Shown here: positions 49,715 to 62,100 of the stretch, one piece after another
How the letters are laid out: each line of letters starts with the position of its first letter
Position numbering within the stretch: position 1 is the first letter of the stretch
Assembly: GCA_039809385.1 (NCBI GenBank)
Contig: JBDHUY010000002.1
Location: forward strand, 132,058 to 196,057
Direction of reading: 5' to 3'
Length of the DNA: 64,000 nucleotides
DNA from: Candidatus Altimarinota bacterium
Lineage (GTDB): Bacteria > Patescibacteriota > Gracilibacteria > JBDHUY01
Translations under genes and position numbers: made by a program
Notes under the pieces: model-generated
What the model saw: only the letters and a program-made list of their open reading frames with translations
The model's database searches: none
What the model was told of the DNA's origin: nothing

Positions 49715-52588
49715 TTATTTCTCCAGCATCTTCTTGAGCCACTGACCGGTATAGCTCTTTTTCTGCTTGGCCACTTCTTCGGGAGTACCCTGGGCGATAA
49801 CCTGTCCTCCCCCGTCCCCGCCTTCAGGTCCCAGATCGACGATATAATCAACCGACTTGATCACATCGAGATTATGTTCGATCACCAACACCGTATTCCC
49901 TTTATCAACAAGTCTTTGCAAAACATGGATGAGCCGTTTCACGTCGTCGAAATGAAGACCCGTGGTTGGCTCGTCCAGCACGTAGAGAGTTTTTCCGGTA
50001 GCTTTGCGAGCCAGCTCGGTCGACAGTTTCAGCCGCTGAGCCTCTCCGCCGGAAAGCGTCGTAGCTGATTGTCCGAGTTTTATATATCCCAGGCCGACTT
50101 CGCGAATTGTATGCAGTTTATTTTCGACGTTTGGAACCGCTTTGAAAAATTCGTAGGCTTCATCTACGGTCATATCCAGAACTTCGGCAATATTTTTCCC
50201 GCGGTACGTGATCTGCAGCGTTTCGGTATTGTACCGTTTGCCTTTACACACTTCGCAGTTGACATAGACATCGGGCAAAAAGTGCATTTCGATCTTCTTT
50301 ACACCGTCTCCCTGGCAGGTCTCGCAGCGTCCGCCTTTGACGTTGAAACTGAACCGTCCCCCTTTATACCCACGCAAACGGGCTTCCTGTGTCAGGGCAA
50401 ACAGTTCGCGGATATCGGTAAAAACATTGCTGTACGTGGCCGGGTTACTCCTTGGCGTACGGCCTATCGGCGATTGGTCGATATCGATAATTTTATCCAG
50501 ATACTCAATTCCCTCGACGTCCTTGTGTTTGCCGGGAGAAGTTTGGGCATGATTGAGTCGCGCGGCAAGTACTTCGACCAGTATATTGTTGACCAAGGTC
50601 GATTTTCCGGATCCCGATACGCCGGTCACCGAGATAAACGTTCCCAGGGGGAAAGAAACAGTGACCTCTTTGAGATTATGCTCTGCAGCTTCCTTCACCT
50701 GCAAGAAAAGACCGTTGCCGGAACGGCGTTTCTCCGGAATGTCGATACGTTCGGTCCCGGCAAGATATTTGCCAGTCAGCGATTTGACGTTCTTCTTGAT
50801 CTGATCTGGAGTTCCGGTAGCAATGACATACCCGCCGTGCCGTCCGGCACCGGGGCCGATATCGATGACATGGTCGGCAGTATTGATCGTATCTTCGTCG
50901 TGTTCGACCACAATCACGGTATTGCCGATATCGCGCAAGTGCTTCAGAGTTTGGATCAAGCGGTCATTGTCGCGCTGGTGAAGCCCGATCGAAGGTTCGT
51001 CCAGGACATATAAGACGCCGGTCAGCTTCGAACCGATCTGAGTAGCCAGACGGATACGCTGGGCCTCCCCGCCCGAGAGCGTGGCGGCAGAGCGATGCAA
51101 TGTCAGATAATTCAATCCTACGTCGATCAGAAATTGAGAACGTTCTTTGATCTGTTTCAGGATGGGTATTGCAATGATTTTCTGACTTTCGGTTAAAACT
51201 ATCCGGTTGAAAAAATCCAGGAAGTCGGCAACCGATAACTCGGTGGCGTCGATAATCGATTTTTGCATGATCGTCACCGCCAACATCTCTTTTTTTAAAC
51301 GTTTCCCGCCGCAGGAAGGACACGAAGACAGCCGCATGAATCGCTCGATTTTTTTCATGGCGTAATCCGAGTCGGTTTCCCGGTAGCGACGTTCCAGATT
51401 GGCAATGACGCCCTCGAAACGAGTCTGGTAGGTCCCGCTAAAGGCCGAACCGTCGATATCGATGGTATAGCTCTGATCCTTTGTTCCAAACAGAATCAAA
51501 TCGCGCTCCGATTGGCTCAATTTCGACCAGGGAATATCGAGCGAAAATTTATGCTTCGAAGCTACAGCCTCGAGTATTTTGCTAAACCAGCTGAGCTGCG
51601 TACTGCTAGTCGCCCAGGGCAAAATAGCGCCTTCGTTGATACTCAGTTCGGGGTTCGGCACTACCAGTTCGGCACTGATCTCCAGTTTGGTTCCCAGACC
51701 GTGACACTCGGGACAGGCACCGTGGGGGGAATTAAACGAAAAACTGCGCGGTTCTATTTCGGGAATATTGATATTGCAGTGCGGACAGGAAAAAAGTTCG
51801 CTGAAGAGTTCTTCGGTATTTGCATCGGGATCATAGATAATAACGATTCCGTTACCGTGTTTCAAAGACAATTCCAACGAGTCGGCCAGACGGGTACGAT
51901 CGGGATTGGCTACCTCGATCTGCTGATTGCTGGTCTCCTCGAATTTGCGGGCAAAATCTTTGACCACGAGACGATCTACCACAATTTCTATCGTATGCTT
52001 TTTGTTCGCATCCAGGGTTAACTCTTCGGTGGCGGTATAGACCTGTCCGTCGACACGATAGCGAACAAAGCCGTCTTTTCTGATCTTTTCCAATACTTGA
52101 ACATGTTCGCCTTTTTTATCGCGGATAATCGGGGCAAGCAGCATGATTTTTTTCCCCTGCGGATAGGTCGCGATGTGATCGATCATCTGGTCGACGCTCT
52201 GACGGGTGATTTTCCGGCCGCAATTGGGACAGTGCGGTTCGCCGATACGGGCGTACAGGAGACGCAAATAATCGTAGATTTCGGTTACGGTTCCAACCGT
52301 CGAGCGCGGGTTGTGCGACGCGGTTTTCTGGTCAATCGAAATAGCCGGAGAAAGGCCGTCGATACTTTCGACGTCGGGCTTCTCGGCGATATCCAGAAAC
52401 TGACGCGCATAGGTGGAAAGACTGTCCACATAGCGCCGCTGCCCTTCGGCATAGAGCGTGTCGAAAGCAAGCGAAGATTTTCCCGACCCCGAAAGACCGG
52501 TAATCACAGTCAATCTATCTCGCGGAATGACGACATCTATATTTTTGAGATTGTGGGTTTTGGCACCTTTGATCGTAATTTGATCCAT
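49715..52588 (-). CDS. uvrA: Excinuclease ABC subunit A
   Basis: [14 protein letters not shown], two LSGGEAQR motifs, zinc fingers and GVSGSGKS. Confidence 0.99.
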   Translation of the reverse strand: MDQITIKGAKTHNLKNIDVVIPRDRLTVITGLSGSGKSSLAFDTLYAEGQRRYVDSLSTYARQFLDIAEKPDVESIDGLSPAISIDQKTASHNPRSTVGTVTEIYDYLRLLYARIGEPHCPNCGRKITRQSVDQMIDHIATYPQGKKIMLLAPIIRDKKGEHVQVLEKIRKDGFVRYRVDGQVYTATEELTLDANKKHTIEIVVDRLVVKDFARKFEETSNQQIEVANPDRTRLADSLELSLKHGNGIVIIYDPDANTEELFSELFSCPHCNINIPEIEPRSFSFNSPHGACPECHGLGTKLEISAELVVPNPELSINEGAILPWATSSTQLSWFSKILEAVASKHKFSLDIPWSKLSQSERDLILFGTKDQSYTIDIDGSAFSGTYQTRFEGVIANLERRYRETDSDYAMKKIERFMRLSSCPSCGGKRLKKEMLAVTIMQKSIIDATELSVADFLDFFNRIVLTESQKIIAIPILKQIKERSQFLIDVGLNYLTLHRSAATLSGGEAQRIRLATQIGSKLTGVLYVLDEPSIGLHQRDNDRLIQTLKHLRDIGNTVIVVEHDEDTINTADHVIDIGPGAGRHGGYVIATGTPDQIKKNVKSLTGKYLAGTERIDIPEKRRSGNGLFLQVKEAAEHNLKEVTVSFPLGTFISVTGVSGSGKSTLVNNILVEVLAARLNHAQTSPGKHKDVEGIEYLDKIIDIDQSPIGRTPRSNPATYSNVFTDIRELFALTQEARLRGYKGGRFSFNVKGGRCETCQGDGVKKIEMHFLPDVYVNCEVCKGKRYNTETLQITYRGKNIAEVLDMTVDEAYEFFKAVPNVENKLHTIREVGLGYIKLGQSATTLSGGEAQRLKLSTELARKATGKTLYVLDEPTTGLHFDDVKRLIHVLQRLVDKGNTVLVIEHNLDVIKSVDYIVDLGPEGGDGGGQVIAQGTPEEVAKQKKSYTGQWLKKMLEK

Positions 52589-52774
52589 AGATTTCTGGAA
52601 GAATAAAAACCGTATTGTTTAGTATAACGGTTTCTCGACAGAATTCAAGGCGGGGATTTTATTATTGAAATAAACATTTTTTTAGTTATTGTGATAAAGT
52701 CGTCCGTAAAATGAAAATTTATAGATTTTGAAAGACTTTCGACTCGAGACTTTATAGACTTTTGACTCCTCTCC

Positions 52775-53377
52775 ATGCTTCCCCGCTCCATCCAAATCCT
52801 TATCGACGAACTGCACAAATTACCCGGCATCGGGCCGAAATCGGCCGAACGGCTGGTCTTTCATCTGCTGCGTCAATCCGATCGCGAAGTAGAAGCCCTG
52901 GCAGGAGCTGTGAAAGGATTGAAAGACGGGGTGAACCTGTGTCCCCAATGTTTCCAGTTTGCCAACAGCGACCTGTGCAGCATCTGCGCCGACGCTACTC
53001 GTGACAGAAATGAAATATGCGTCGTCGAAACGATTCTGGATCTGATGGCGCTGGAGCGCACGAACGAGTACCGCGGACTATACCACGTATTGCACGGCAG
53101 AATCGACCCGCTCCATGGGATCGGGCCGGAACAGATCAAGCTGCGCGAGCTGAAACAACGACTTCAAAAAGACGGACAAATCCGGGAAATCATCCTGGCT
53201 ACCGACCCCGACATTGAAGGCGAGGCAACCGCCATGTATATCGCCGACCTGCTCAAAGACCTCCCGGTGCGAATATCGAGACTGGCCCGAGGACTCCCCT
53301 CGGGCGGTAATATCGAATTTGCGGACGATATGACGTTGCGCAGCGCTTTCCGCGGCAGAACCAGCTTTAGCGCGTAG
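52775..53377 (+). CDS. recR: Recombination mediator RecR
   Basis: LPGIGPKSAERL, CPQC...CSIC, ICVVE, YHVLHG, EGEATA and RLARGLP. Confidence 0.97.
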   Translation: MLPRSIQILIDELHKLPGIGPKSAERLVFHLLRQSDREVEALAGAVKGLKDGVNLCPQCFQFANSDLCSICADATRDRNEICVVETILDLMALERTNEYRGLYHVLHGRIDPLHGIGPEQIKLRELKQRLQKDGQIREIILATDPDIEGEATAMYIADLLKDLPVRISRLARGLPSGGNIEFADDMTLRSAFRGRTSFSA

Positions 53378-53879
53378 CCGCGGCGGTGTTCTCATTGCCG
53401 CCCTCTCCGGAGTTGGTGAGGTTCAGCATATTGTCAGGAGGATTCCACTGATTGTCGGTCAGCACTTCGATATCATTGCCGACCTGTACGGCAATCGCGG
53501 CCTGTCCCGAGCCGGTTTCTTTGGGTACTACCCGCAAACCTTCCCGGTCGACCAGGTTTTTGAATTCTTCGGCCGAGAGATGTTCCAGCGGACTGGGACT
53601 TCCGGCAGCGGTTTTGAGTTGGTTATGCTTGATAAGTTCGAGCAGCTCGGGTTCTTTTTTGGCGGTAATCAGTTTGTCAGCGGTCTTTTGAATGCGGGCG
53701 GCGTCATCTTGCAGGTTTTGCAAAGAGAACTGCGCGCCGAACAGGTTGGCATTCAGATTCACGCCTAAAATGAGCGAGGTCATGATGATCAGCGTCAGAC
53801 AAATCATGGCCGTCAGGATAACCGTACGATCGTGGAGCAGTTCGCTCAAACTATTTTTTGTATTTTTGGGTTTTGGCAT
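53367..53879 (-). CDS. Hypothetical protein with one TM helix
   Basis: ORF with hydrophobic segment VILTAMICLTLIIMTSLILGV. Confidence 0.65.
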   Translation of the reverse strand: MPKPKNTKNSLSELLHDRTVILTAMICLTLIIMTSLILGVNLNANLFGAQFSLQNLQDDAARIQKTADKLITAKKEPELLELIKHNQLKTAAGSPSPLEHLSAEEFKNLVDREGLRVVPKETGSGQAAIAVQVGNDIEVLTDNQWNPPDNMLNLTNSGEGGNENTAAATR

Positions 53880-54044
53880 AAAGCAGATTCGATGATCCAT
53901 CTTTTATTTTACTACAAAATCGCTATTTTTGCAAAAATGCCGCATACATACTACATGCTACATCATACTTTAATACTCGCCCATTGTCTCCTGTTCCCCT
54001 TCGTGTATACTGAACGACAGTTTACTTCTTTTATTCCTACAGTT

Positions 54045-54440
54045 ATGAACTCAAAAGGACGTGTTGTTCATTTTGAGATCCATGCCGACGATCCGGCTCG
54101 TGCCGCAGTATTTTACAGCGCCGTTTTTGGGTGGGAAATCAATAAATGGGACGGCCCGCAGGATTATTGGCTGATTATGACCGGAGATAAGAGTAAAGCT
54201 GGTATCGACGGCGGTATTGTGAAACGCATGGGTCCCGCGCCGGGCCAAATGAACCCGGTATCGGCCTATGTCTGTACAATCGATGTAACAAATCTGGACG
54301 AAATGATGGTAGCGGTCAAAGACAATGGCGGCAGTATGGCTCTGGAAAAAATGGAAGTGCCGGGTGTCGGATGGCTGGCTTACTGCAAAGACAGCGAAGG
54401 GAATATCTTCGGGATGATGCAACCTCTTCCACAAGTATAA
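54045..54440 (+). CDS. VOC/glyoxalase family protein
   Basis: VVHFEI.ADD..RA..FY..VFGW, GIDGG and DSEGNIFG. Confidence 0.92.
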   Translation: MNSKGRVVHFEIHADDPARAAVFYSAVFGWEINKWDGPQDYWLIMTGDKSKAGIDGGIVKRMGPAPGQMNPVSAYVCTIDVTNLDEMMVAVKDNGGSMALEKMEVPGVGWLAYCKDSEGNIFGMMQPLPQV

Positions 54441-54443
54441 ACT

Positions 54444-54872
54444 ATGATGAGTGTGACTACAGCCGGCTATTCGGAAAAACCGTTAGGTCAGAAACTCGGC
54501 ATCAAAGCAGGCGCAGTGGTCGAAGTGATCGATCCGCCTCTTCATTATCGGAAGCTTTTGGAACCGATTCCTTACAATGTTTACTTTTATACGGGAATCG
54601 AAAAAGCAGACTCGCCCGATATCATTCATCTTTTCTGTACCAAACGCGCAGCACTGGAAACATTTTTTGAGGATATTGTGAAACGTGATCTTCCGAAGAC
54701 GAGTGTGTGGATTTCATGGCCGAAAAAAAGCGCAAAGATACCAGGCGAGCTTGATGAAAATATCATTCGTGAAGTAGGGCTGTCCCACCATTGGGTCGAT
54801 GTAAAAGTCTGCGCTATCGATGCAGTATGGTCGCGACTGAAGTTTGTGCAAAGAAAATTGAAAGTATCCTGA
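54444..54872 (+). CDS. DUF3052-like protein
   Basis: GYS.KPL.QKLGIK, WISWPKK and WVDVKVCAID..WS.LK. Confidence 0.8.
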   Translation: MMSVTTAGYSEKPLGQKLGIKAGAVVEVIDPPLHYRKLLEPIPYNVYFYTGIEKADSPDIIHLFCTKRAALETFFEDIVKRDLPKTSVWISWPKKSAKIPGELDENIIREVGLSHHWVDVKVCAIDAVWSRLKFVQRKLKVS

Positions 54873-55134
54873 TCCATCCCGTATTTTTTCAACGTAGTTA
54901 TACATAATATTATTCTTATTCGAAACTTTAACGATTTGTCGCAGCGGGGAATCAGCAGGGAAGATCCTTACGCCCTGCCTGTCTGAGAAGCACGATTTCG
55001 GCTTTATACTCTGGGATACTGTATTATTGCAATGTAAGATTTTTTTGAAACAGAATAGCGCCAAAAAACGTTTTAAATTGATACGATACAATACCCGATT
55101 GTTTGTTTAACATTTTACTGTATTACTTTTTCTC

Positions 55135-55581
55135 ATGCAGTACAAACGTTATCCCGACCGTCTTTGGCGGCATCTATTATCAGGACCGTTCATCTATATG
55201 ATGATCATCCCGCTGGTCGTAGTGGATGTGTTTGTCTTTTTCTACCAGCACATCTGTTTTCGACTGTATGGAATACCTCTGGTAGAGCGAAAAAAGTACA
55301 TCCGGATCGACCGGCACAAGTTATCCTATCTTTCCGGCTGGGAAAAGATCAACTGCATGTACTGCGGTTACGCGAACGGCTTAATGCACTATGCCTCGGT
55401 CATTGCCGGAGAAACGGAAAAATACTGGTGTAGTATCAAGCACAAAGCCGGAAATGAATTTATTCCTCCCGCCCATCACCGGGATTTTCTGGAATACGGG
55501 GATCAAGCCAGTTACGAAGCGCTAGAACCTTCTCATAAACACATCGAAGCAGATGACTCAAATTATGCAAAAGGTTCGTAA
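55135..55581 (+). CDS. Conserved-looking hypothetical membrane protein with Cys/His motif
   Basis: YQHICFRLYGIP, DRHKL.YL...EKINCMYCGYANG and EKYWCSIKH. Confidence 0.75.
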   Translation: MQYKRYPDRLWRHLLSGPFIYMMIIPLVVVDVFVFFYQHICFRLYGIPLVERKKYIRIDRHKLSYLSGWEKINCMYCGYANGLMHYASVIAGETEKYWCSIKHKAGNEFIPPAHHRDFLEYGDQASYEALEPSHKHIEADDSNYAKGS

Positions 55582-55840
55582 AGACTTAGAATGTATTCCG
55601 GGAGTCGGAAAATCGATTGCCCTTGATTTGATCGACTTGGGAGTAATCCGTGTGGAGGATCTGGCAAACAAAGATCCGCAAAAACTTTACGAAGATTTGT
55701 GCGCACTGCGAGGAACACATATCGACCGTTGTATGCTGTATGTCTTTCGCTGCGCGGTCTATTTCGCTTCGCGCAAGAAGCACGATCCCAAGTTACTCTT
55801 GTGGTGGAACTGGAAGGACGAAAAAAAACGCGAATTATGA
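55553..55840 (+). CDS. Helix-hairpin-helix Cdd1/'pathogenicity locus' family protein
   Basis: IPGVGKSIA.DL..LG, DP..LY..LC, DRCMLYVFRCAVY and WWNWKD. Confidence 0.82.
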   Translation: MTQIMQKVRKDLECIPGVGKSIALDLIDLGVIRVEDLANKDPQKLYEDLCALRGTHIDRCMLYVFRCAVYFASRKKHDPKLLLWWNWKDEKKREL

Positions 55841-55850
55841 AGCATGACGT

Positions 55851-56369
55851 ATGAATAAAATCAGCCAAGAAAGACCGAAACTCCTTGAGTATCCGGGAAT
55901 TGCAGGGGAAATTGGTATAATGCATCGGGAAGATCAAACGATGCGCAAAAATTGGAGGCTTGACCCGAAGACCCATCCTTGGGATGAAGAGATCGATCGC
56001 AGGAATACTGTCCGTATGAAAGAAATTGTGAACGAAATGGGGGTACTGACCGTGTCAAAAGTAGGTCAAAAAGGGTCTTTTCAAGCATGGATACTGGTTC
56101 AGCATGCCGATCACGATATTGATTTTCAGGAACAGTATCTCGGCCTTATGGAAAAAGAATCCGAAGCAGAAATCGACCGAAGAAATATAGCGTACTTACA
56201 AGATCGGGTAGCAGTAAACAGAAATCAACCGCAACTATTTGGCACACAATTTTTCCGGGATACAGATGGCAATATGAAACCACGTCCGATTGCGGATCCC
56301 GAAAATTTGGAAAAGCGGCGCAAAGAGATGGGACTTGAGCCGTTTGAAGCGTGGGGTTCCAGGCGGTAA
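55851..56369 (+). CDS. DUF6624-like protein
   Basis: DQ..R, AWILVQHAD, AYLQDRV...PQLFGTQF and RRKEMGLEP. Confidence 0.78.
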   Translation: MNKISQERPKLLEYPGIAGEIGIMHREDQTMRKNWRLDPKTHPWDEEIDRRNTVRMKEIVNEMGVLTVSKVGQKGSFQAWILVQHADHDIDFQEQYLGLMEKESEAEIDRRNIAYLQDRVAVNRNQPQLFGTQFFRDTDGNMKPRPIADPENLEKRRKEMGLEPFEAWGSRR

Positions 56370-56676
56370 GCGCGAATCTGACCCCTCTAGCCCCCTTATC
56401 AGGGGGGTACAGACAACAGGAAGCACTTCAATTACGCTCATCGCAGGCCTTATTAGCTAGAACGAGACAAAGCCTGCGCTTCGAATACGCTTGAACGGGA
56501 CAGAAGTTCACTTCGCTCAGTGCATGTATTGATCAAGGAGGCACGGGAGACGCGGGTCTATACGGATTATCTGTCTACGACTCCGAATTGCTCACCCCCG
56601 TGCCCTGCTGATCGCTGACTGCTGTCAGCTGTAAGCCTGCTCCCTGCCCCCACTCCGATCTCCCGTCTCCCTACTC

Positions 56677-58176
56677 CTAACTGGCTTTCCGAGGGACAAA
56701 ACGCCAGAAAAAAATGGTCCCTGCAATAGCCGAGAAAATAAGCAACAGCCCCAGAGCTACAAATATTAAGGGTAAGGGGACGAACTGAAACAATAACCCG
56801 CCTACCAGTCCCCCCAGGATCTGTCCCAGATTGATAATGATCGAAATGATACCCGCGCTTTCGGCTTCGTCGTCGTTGGTGGAGTTTTCGGCACTCTGAA
56901 CCGCCCCCGGTATGGGTGAGTTTTCAACTGGGCGGGAAATAATTTTTTTATATTCCTCGCCGATAATTCCGACCGTAGAAGGATAGATGATCGAGAAACC
57001 GCAGCTGATCACAAGAAACAGTATGAACAACAGTAAGCCGGTTTCTACTCCGGCAAGGCATAGCAACGCAATCCCGGTAATAAATGTTCCCAAAATCATC
57101 ATCTTACTTTTTCCCCAGCGGTCGGCCAGTTTGGCGATAGGCAGAGAGAGCAGAAAAGTCGGAATGATTAGGGCTACCACGAACATTGCGCTTTCGAAAA
57201 AATAACGCGGTACGTTATCGATGATAAAACCGTACCCTTGCGTAAAGATCTCTTTGACGAACACAGGTTCGAAATAGTTGATCAGCTCGAACCAGAAATA
57301 GGTCAACACCAGGAAGGCCATACTGATCAAAAGCATCGGTGCGGGAATTTTGAAGCGAAATAAATCGTAGAGTCGAAAAAAGGTTGTCTGGAACTTTTCG
57401 CTTAATTCTTTCCAAGAAAAAGGCGGCGGATGTATTTCGTTTTCGTTGGCAAGAGGAACAGCATTCTTGCCCGGCTGTACAAGTTGATCGCCGATAGACA
57501 CGGCAGTTTGCATCAGTTGCTTCGGGTACTTTAAGTCGAAGATATGCTTTTCGAGAGCGGTATAGTGCTTGCGATCGAGGAATTCGTAAATAAACACGAT
57601 GGTGAGAATAACAAAAAATGCCAGGACTCCGCCCGCCAAAGCGTTTTGAGCGCCGACAAAGCGATCGGCCATGAAGAGCAGGCCTCCCAGAGTCAGACCG
57701 ATGATATCGCCGGTGTTGTCGGCCATATCGCCCTGGGCAATATTTTGGGCATAATCTTCCTTACTCGAGAGTCGCAAAAGATACGTAGTAATGCTGATGA
57801 AATAGATTTCCATACTCAACTGGTAGAGAAATACGGCTACAAATGCCAGCCATACCCCCAATGTCGCAAAGAGAAAGATCAGGTTACTGATAAGCAGAAA
57901 AAAAGCTGCTAGCAAGAGCACAAAGCGCATGCGGACATATTTTTGAAAAATGCTGAGCGGAATGTCCAGAAAAATGAATAAAAAGTTCGAGATCGCCAGC
58001 ATGGCCCCGATGATCAAATATTCTTCGCCGATAGAACCTTTTAGAAAGCGGATCAGTGAAAACTGAAACAGCGAAAAACAAAGCCGATAGAAAATAATGA
58101 CGATATATACCATCAAAATGGCTTTGGTACGAATCGTCGTGTGTTTTTTCAAGAACCGCAGAATACCGTCAAGCAT
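56677..58176 (-). CDS. MFS transporter
   Basis: ~12 TM segments; MFS motif AKLADRWGK. Confidence 0.85.
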   Translation of the reverse strand: MLDGILRFLKKHTTIRTKAILMVYIVIIFYRLCFSLFQFSLIRFLKGSIGEEYLIIGAMLAISNFLFIFLDIPLSIFQKYVRMRFVLLLAAFFLLISNLIFLFATLGVWLAFVAVFLYQLSMEIYFISITTYLLRLSSKEDYAQNIAQGDMADNTGDIIGLTLGGLLFMADRFVGAQNALAGGVLAFFVILTIVFIYEFLDRKHYTALEKHIFDLKYPKQLMQTAVSIGDQLVQPGKNAVPLANENEIHPPPFSWKELSEKFQTTFFRLYDLFRFKIPAPMLLISMAFLVLTYFWFELINYFEPVFVKEIFTQGYGFIIDNVPRYFFESAMFVVALIIPTFLLSLPIAKLADRWGKSKMMILGTFITGIALLCLAGVETGLLLFILFLVISCGFSIIYPSTVGIIGEEYKKIISRPVENSPIPGAVQSAENSTNDDEAESAGIISIIINLGQILGGLVGGLLFQFVPLPLIFVALGLLLIFSAIAGTIFFWRFVPRKAS

Positions 58177-58267
58177 AGAGAAGAGGTATCAATCAGGATG
58201 CGTATGGCAGGATAGCATTACCAGCTCAATAAGATCTTATAGATATACAGTTTCTACTCGAACAAAA

Positions 58268-58400
58268 CTAATGCCTAAATTCAAAATTCCAATCACAAAT
58301 GAAGTTCAAAGCCCAACATCCAAATATAAACTTTGTGATTTGAACTTTCTTTCCTCATACCGTTATTTTTGATCATATGCGGATTTGGAATTGGTATTAG
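58268..58400. repeat. Inverted heptamer-tract element
   Basis: TTCAAAATTCCAATCACAAATGAAGTTCAAAG faces TTTGTGATTTGAACTTT and GGATTTGGAATTGG. Confidence 0.6.
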
Positions 58401-58531
58401 ATCGATCAAAAGCATCTGTCACGCTTTTCAAAACAAGCCTTGCTCGTTTCCGGAAAGACTTGTTTTGAGGCAACTTCTCGCCTGGACATCTTGGTTTTTC
58501 GACATTATTTTGACGGTTAGATGAGTCCCGC

Positions 58532-59026
58532 CTATTTGCCTTTTACTTGTTTTTTGATTTTAGAAAACTCTTTTTGAAGGGCTCCGGCAGCCTTTTGTAA
58601 ATTTTTGCTGCCTTCTTTCATCAGAGTAGATCCTTTTTCTTTGGCCATCTCTTCCATTTCGTGAGCTTTTTGGGAAAAATCTTTGGAAAATTCTTCAAAT
58701 TTTTTCTTGAGCTGCATCTGTACTTCCTGCCCTTTGGATTTGGCCATGTCGGTAAGATCGTCGATACGCATTTTGCTCTCTTTCATAAATTTTTGGAAAC
58801 TGTCGGATTCGATCAATTCTTTGACGGCTTCCACTGACTCTTTACCGGTCATTTGGAGTTCCTTGGCGATGACTTGATAGACTTTTTTACCTTTGGCATG
58901 AGCTTCACCGAGCTCTTTTCTGAGCTGCGAGCCTTTTTTTTGCGCAAACAGCATACTGTACGCTCCTCCCAACACTGTTCCCAAGAGTATCCCGCTCAGG
59001 AAATGATTGTTCTTTTTTTGATGCAT
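58532..59026 (-). CDS. YtxH domain-containing protein
   Basis: FLSGILLGTVLGG...LFAQKKGSQLRKEL followed by a Lys/Glu coiled coil. Confidence 0.85.
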   Translation of the reverse strand: MHQKKNNHFLSGILLGTVLGGAYSMLFAQKKGSQLRKELGEAHAKGKKVYQVIAKELQMTGKESVEAVKELIESDSFQKFMKESKMRIDDLTDMAKSKGQEVQMQLKKKFEEFSKDFSQKAHEMEEMAKEKGSTLMKEGSKNLQKAAGALQKEFSKIKKQVKGK

Positions 59027-59094
59027 ATGATAGAAATAAAAGATATATATGCTAAGCGTAGTCAAAAACGTAGAGACTGTCTAGAGTATATCAC

Positions 59095-59132
59095 AAAAAA
59101 GGAATCCTGGGGTATTGCGAAATTCCTTTTTT
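59095..59132. terminator. Putative terminator
   Basis: AAAAAAGGAAT...ATTCCTTTTTT inverted repeat downstream of the giant gene. Confidence 0.5.
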
Positions 59133-59184
59133 GTTTTTTGAAAACAAATGAGCGAGAAAGCAGAAGTTCTGGACATGTTGTCGA

Positions 59185-62100
59185 TTATTTCTGCACCCGT
59201 TTTTGATCGTCGCCGTTAAAGTTCATAGTCTTTTCCCACATCTGAAGATAATAACGGCCATTGCGACCGTGCTGGAGTATTGCCCTGGCCAAGATGCTGG
59301 TGACGTCGTCGCGCCGCAGATTTTCCTGAGGATGGAACGTATCATCCTCGTAGCCTCGGACGATTCCGAACAATCGGGCATAGGCCAGATACGGACGATA
59401 GAAAGCATCGGACGGTACATCGTCGAAAACTGCCGAACCGTCGTCATAATACTGATAGGGAAAATTACCAGAGAGTACCATGATCTTGACCGCATCGGCG
59501 CGTGTCACGCAAACACCCGGGTGGAAATATTCTTGAGCGGTGCTCAATACGGCAGTATTAACAGCCCGTACCACATAGGTAGTAAACCAGGCTCCTACCG
59601 GCGTATCCTTGAACGGCTCGAAGGCATAACCGGGAGACGGAATATCGAACGATCCAACTGCCATTTTCACCAGCTCTGAGCGCAATACGCACTGCTCAGG
59701 CCCGTACCATCCGGGTTTGGCAGCATATCCAGATACGATATTAGAACTACTCAGATTGTAAATGTTCCGATTGATTGGATTTTCATAATTTTCGATCACG
59801 TCGTTGTAGCGTCGCAGGTTGCGATTTATTCCCACGTAATATGTATCCGGCGTGTGAGTAATACCTTTTAGCTGACGCGTTTCCGGGTTGTAAATAGTCG
59901 GAACAGCGATCATCTGCCCTTCGACGATCCGATAGAAGACCACGTCGTAGAATAACGTATCGGGAACACTCTCCGGCATAGGCATATACAGGTCTACGGG
60001 GCGGAAGAATGAACGTACGGCCCGGTCCGCAGAATTCATTACCGTAAAACTGTAAGCATAGGGAGTGATCGGAACAAAGGGCGTAGAACTAGTTCTGACA
60101 CTCTCAGGGGTAGGCTCTTTAAGGTACGATTCATTCTCAATCCGCATTACTTCAACTTTGAACAGCGGATTATTTTGTTTGTCGGGACGATTTAAAATGG
60201 TACCATCCGGAAAGCCCATCGAGAATTTTCCAAAATTCATAATCACGTAGTGGACTTCCTTGGAAAAGTCGGAAACGGCCATATCCTGTTCTTTCAGGAC
60301 GTTGTACTGTTTTTCGGCCAGCAATGTATCGCCGGCTTCCTGCACATCGCCATCCCGATCGATACTAAACATAAGGCTGTTACCGTCTTTACTCTTGAGC
60401 AGAGCGATCTGGTTGTTATTTACAGGGTCGATCAGCGTCCCTACGGCAGCATTGAAATCGGTCTCGTATCCGCCTTGGGCAATATCGCTATAATGACCGG
60501 GCAAGGAAGTCGAATTACCGTTACCGCCGGGAGAGGAAGAATTAGTTTCTTCGGAAGACGATCCGGAACCGTTGCTGCCTAGAATAATACTTGATCCACC
60601 TCCTCCACCTCCGCCAGAACTGGGAGCAGTCACTACAATCCGGATGACTCCCTGACTGCTGTTTACCTGGCCGTCATTTACTACATAGGTAAAGGTATCT
60701 TCTCCCAAGAAATTAGGAGCGGGGGTATAGACGACATTTTGCCCGCTGCCGGTTAGAGTACCATGAGCAGGCTGTGTAACTACATTCCAAGTTAGAGGAT
60801 CGCTATCGGGATCGGAGCCCCCCAGTACGATCGGCAGGCTTCTGTTTTTGAGCGTAGCCAGAATTTGGGAGGAAGCTTGTGGTGCGGTATTGCCGTTTTG
60901 TACGGTAATCCTGACCGTAGCCGAAGCGCCCCCCCCGTGACCATCGGAAGTAGTATATTCGAATTGATCGGTTCCGCTAAAGTCGGGGTTAGGGGTATAC
61001 GTAAACGAACCGTCCGAATTTAGCTGAAGAGTTCCATGCTGCGGTTGGGTTTCAATCGTTACGGAGAGCACATCTCCGTCGTCATCTTGGTCGTTGTGCA
61101 AAACTCCCAGCGTACTGTCTACTGTCAATTGTCCGTTTTCTTCCACGGTATACGAATCGTCTAATACCAGCGGAGTATCGTTGAGACTCGCGATGGTTAT
61201 CGAAACTGAAGCGGTGGCAGTACCGCCATGACCGTCAGTAATAGTATAGGTAAAACTATCCGCACCGCTGTAATTGGGATCCGGGATATACGTCAGTGTA
61301 CCGTCTCCATTCTCAAACAGAGTACCATGCCCAGGAAGAGTCAAGGTAGTCACGTCCAGAGTATCCTGATCCGGATCAGTATCATTTCCCAGCAAGTCCG
61401 TGGGAGAAAACGTCAGAGGCGTATCTTCGTTGACATTCAGACTATCGTCATTAGCTACCGGAGTATCATTGAGCGGATGAACGGTGACAGTAACCTGCGC
61501 AGGCGGTGTTAAACAACTGCTTTGCGCATGGGCGGTTTCGATCAGCCCCAGGGAAGCAAACGGACTGGTATACGGAAGCGAAGTCTGAGGACCAGGGTCT
61601 TGTTCGAAACAGTAGGTAAACGTGTCCATACCAGCAAAATCGGCATCAGGCGTATAGGTTAGCGAGCCGTCATTATTCACACTCAGCGTTCCGTGCGCAG
61701 GCTGGGTATCAATATGTACCGCGAGACTCAATCCATCCGGATTTTCGTCATTGCCTAGGATTCCCGGGGCGGCTACGCTCAATATGCCGTCTTCGTCGAC
61801 TTCAAAATCGTCGTCGTTGGCAACCGGATCGTCCGTGACGCTTGAGACGTTAAGAATAACTGTTGCATCGCTGCTAACGGTACTTCCGTCGCTGATATGA
61901 TAGGTAAACATATCGGTACCATTGAAGTTTGCATCAGGTGTATAGGTAAACGAACCGTCGCTGTTCAATACTAATGTTCCGTGCGTGACATCATCCACGA
62001 GTACCGCAGTGATACTGTCACCATCGGGATCGGTATCGTTGGTCAAAACTCCGGCGGCAGATTCGTCCAATGTTCCGTCTTCATCTAAACTATAGCTATC

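Noticed and set aside
50069-51013. Long antisense ORFs (also 14591-15346, 20867-21682, 43449-44117)
   Set aside because: These are shadows of well-supported genes on the opposite strand.
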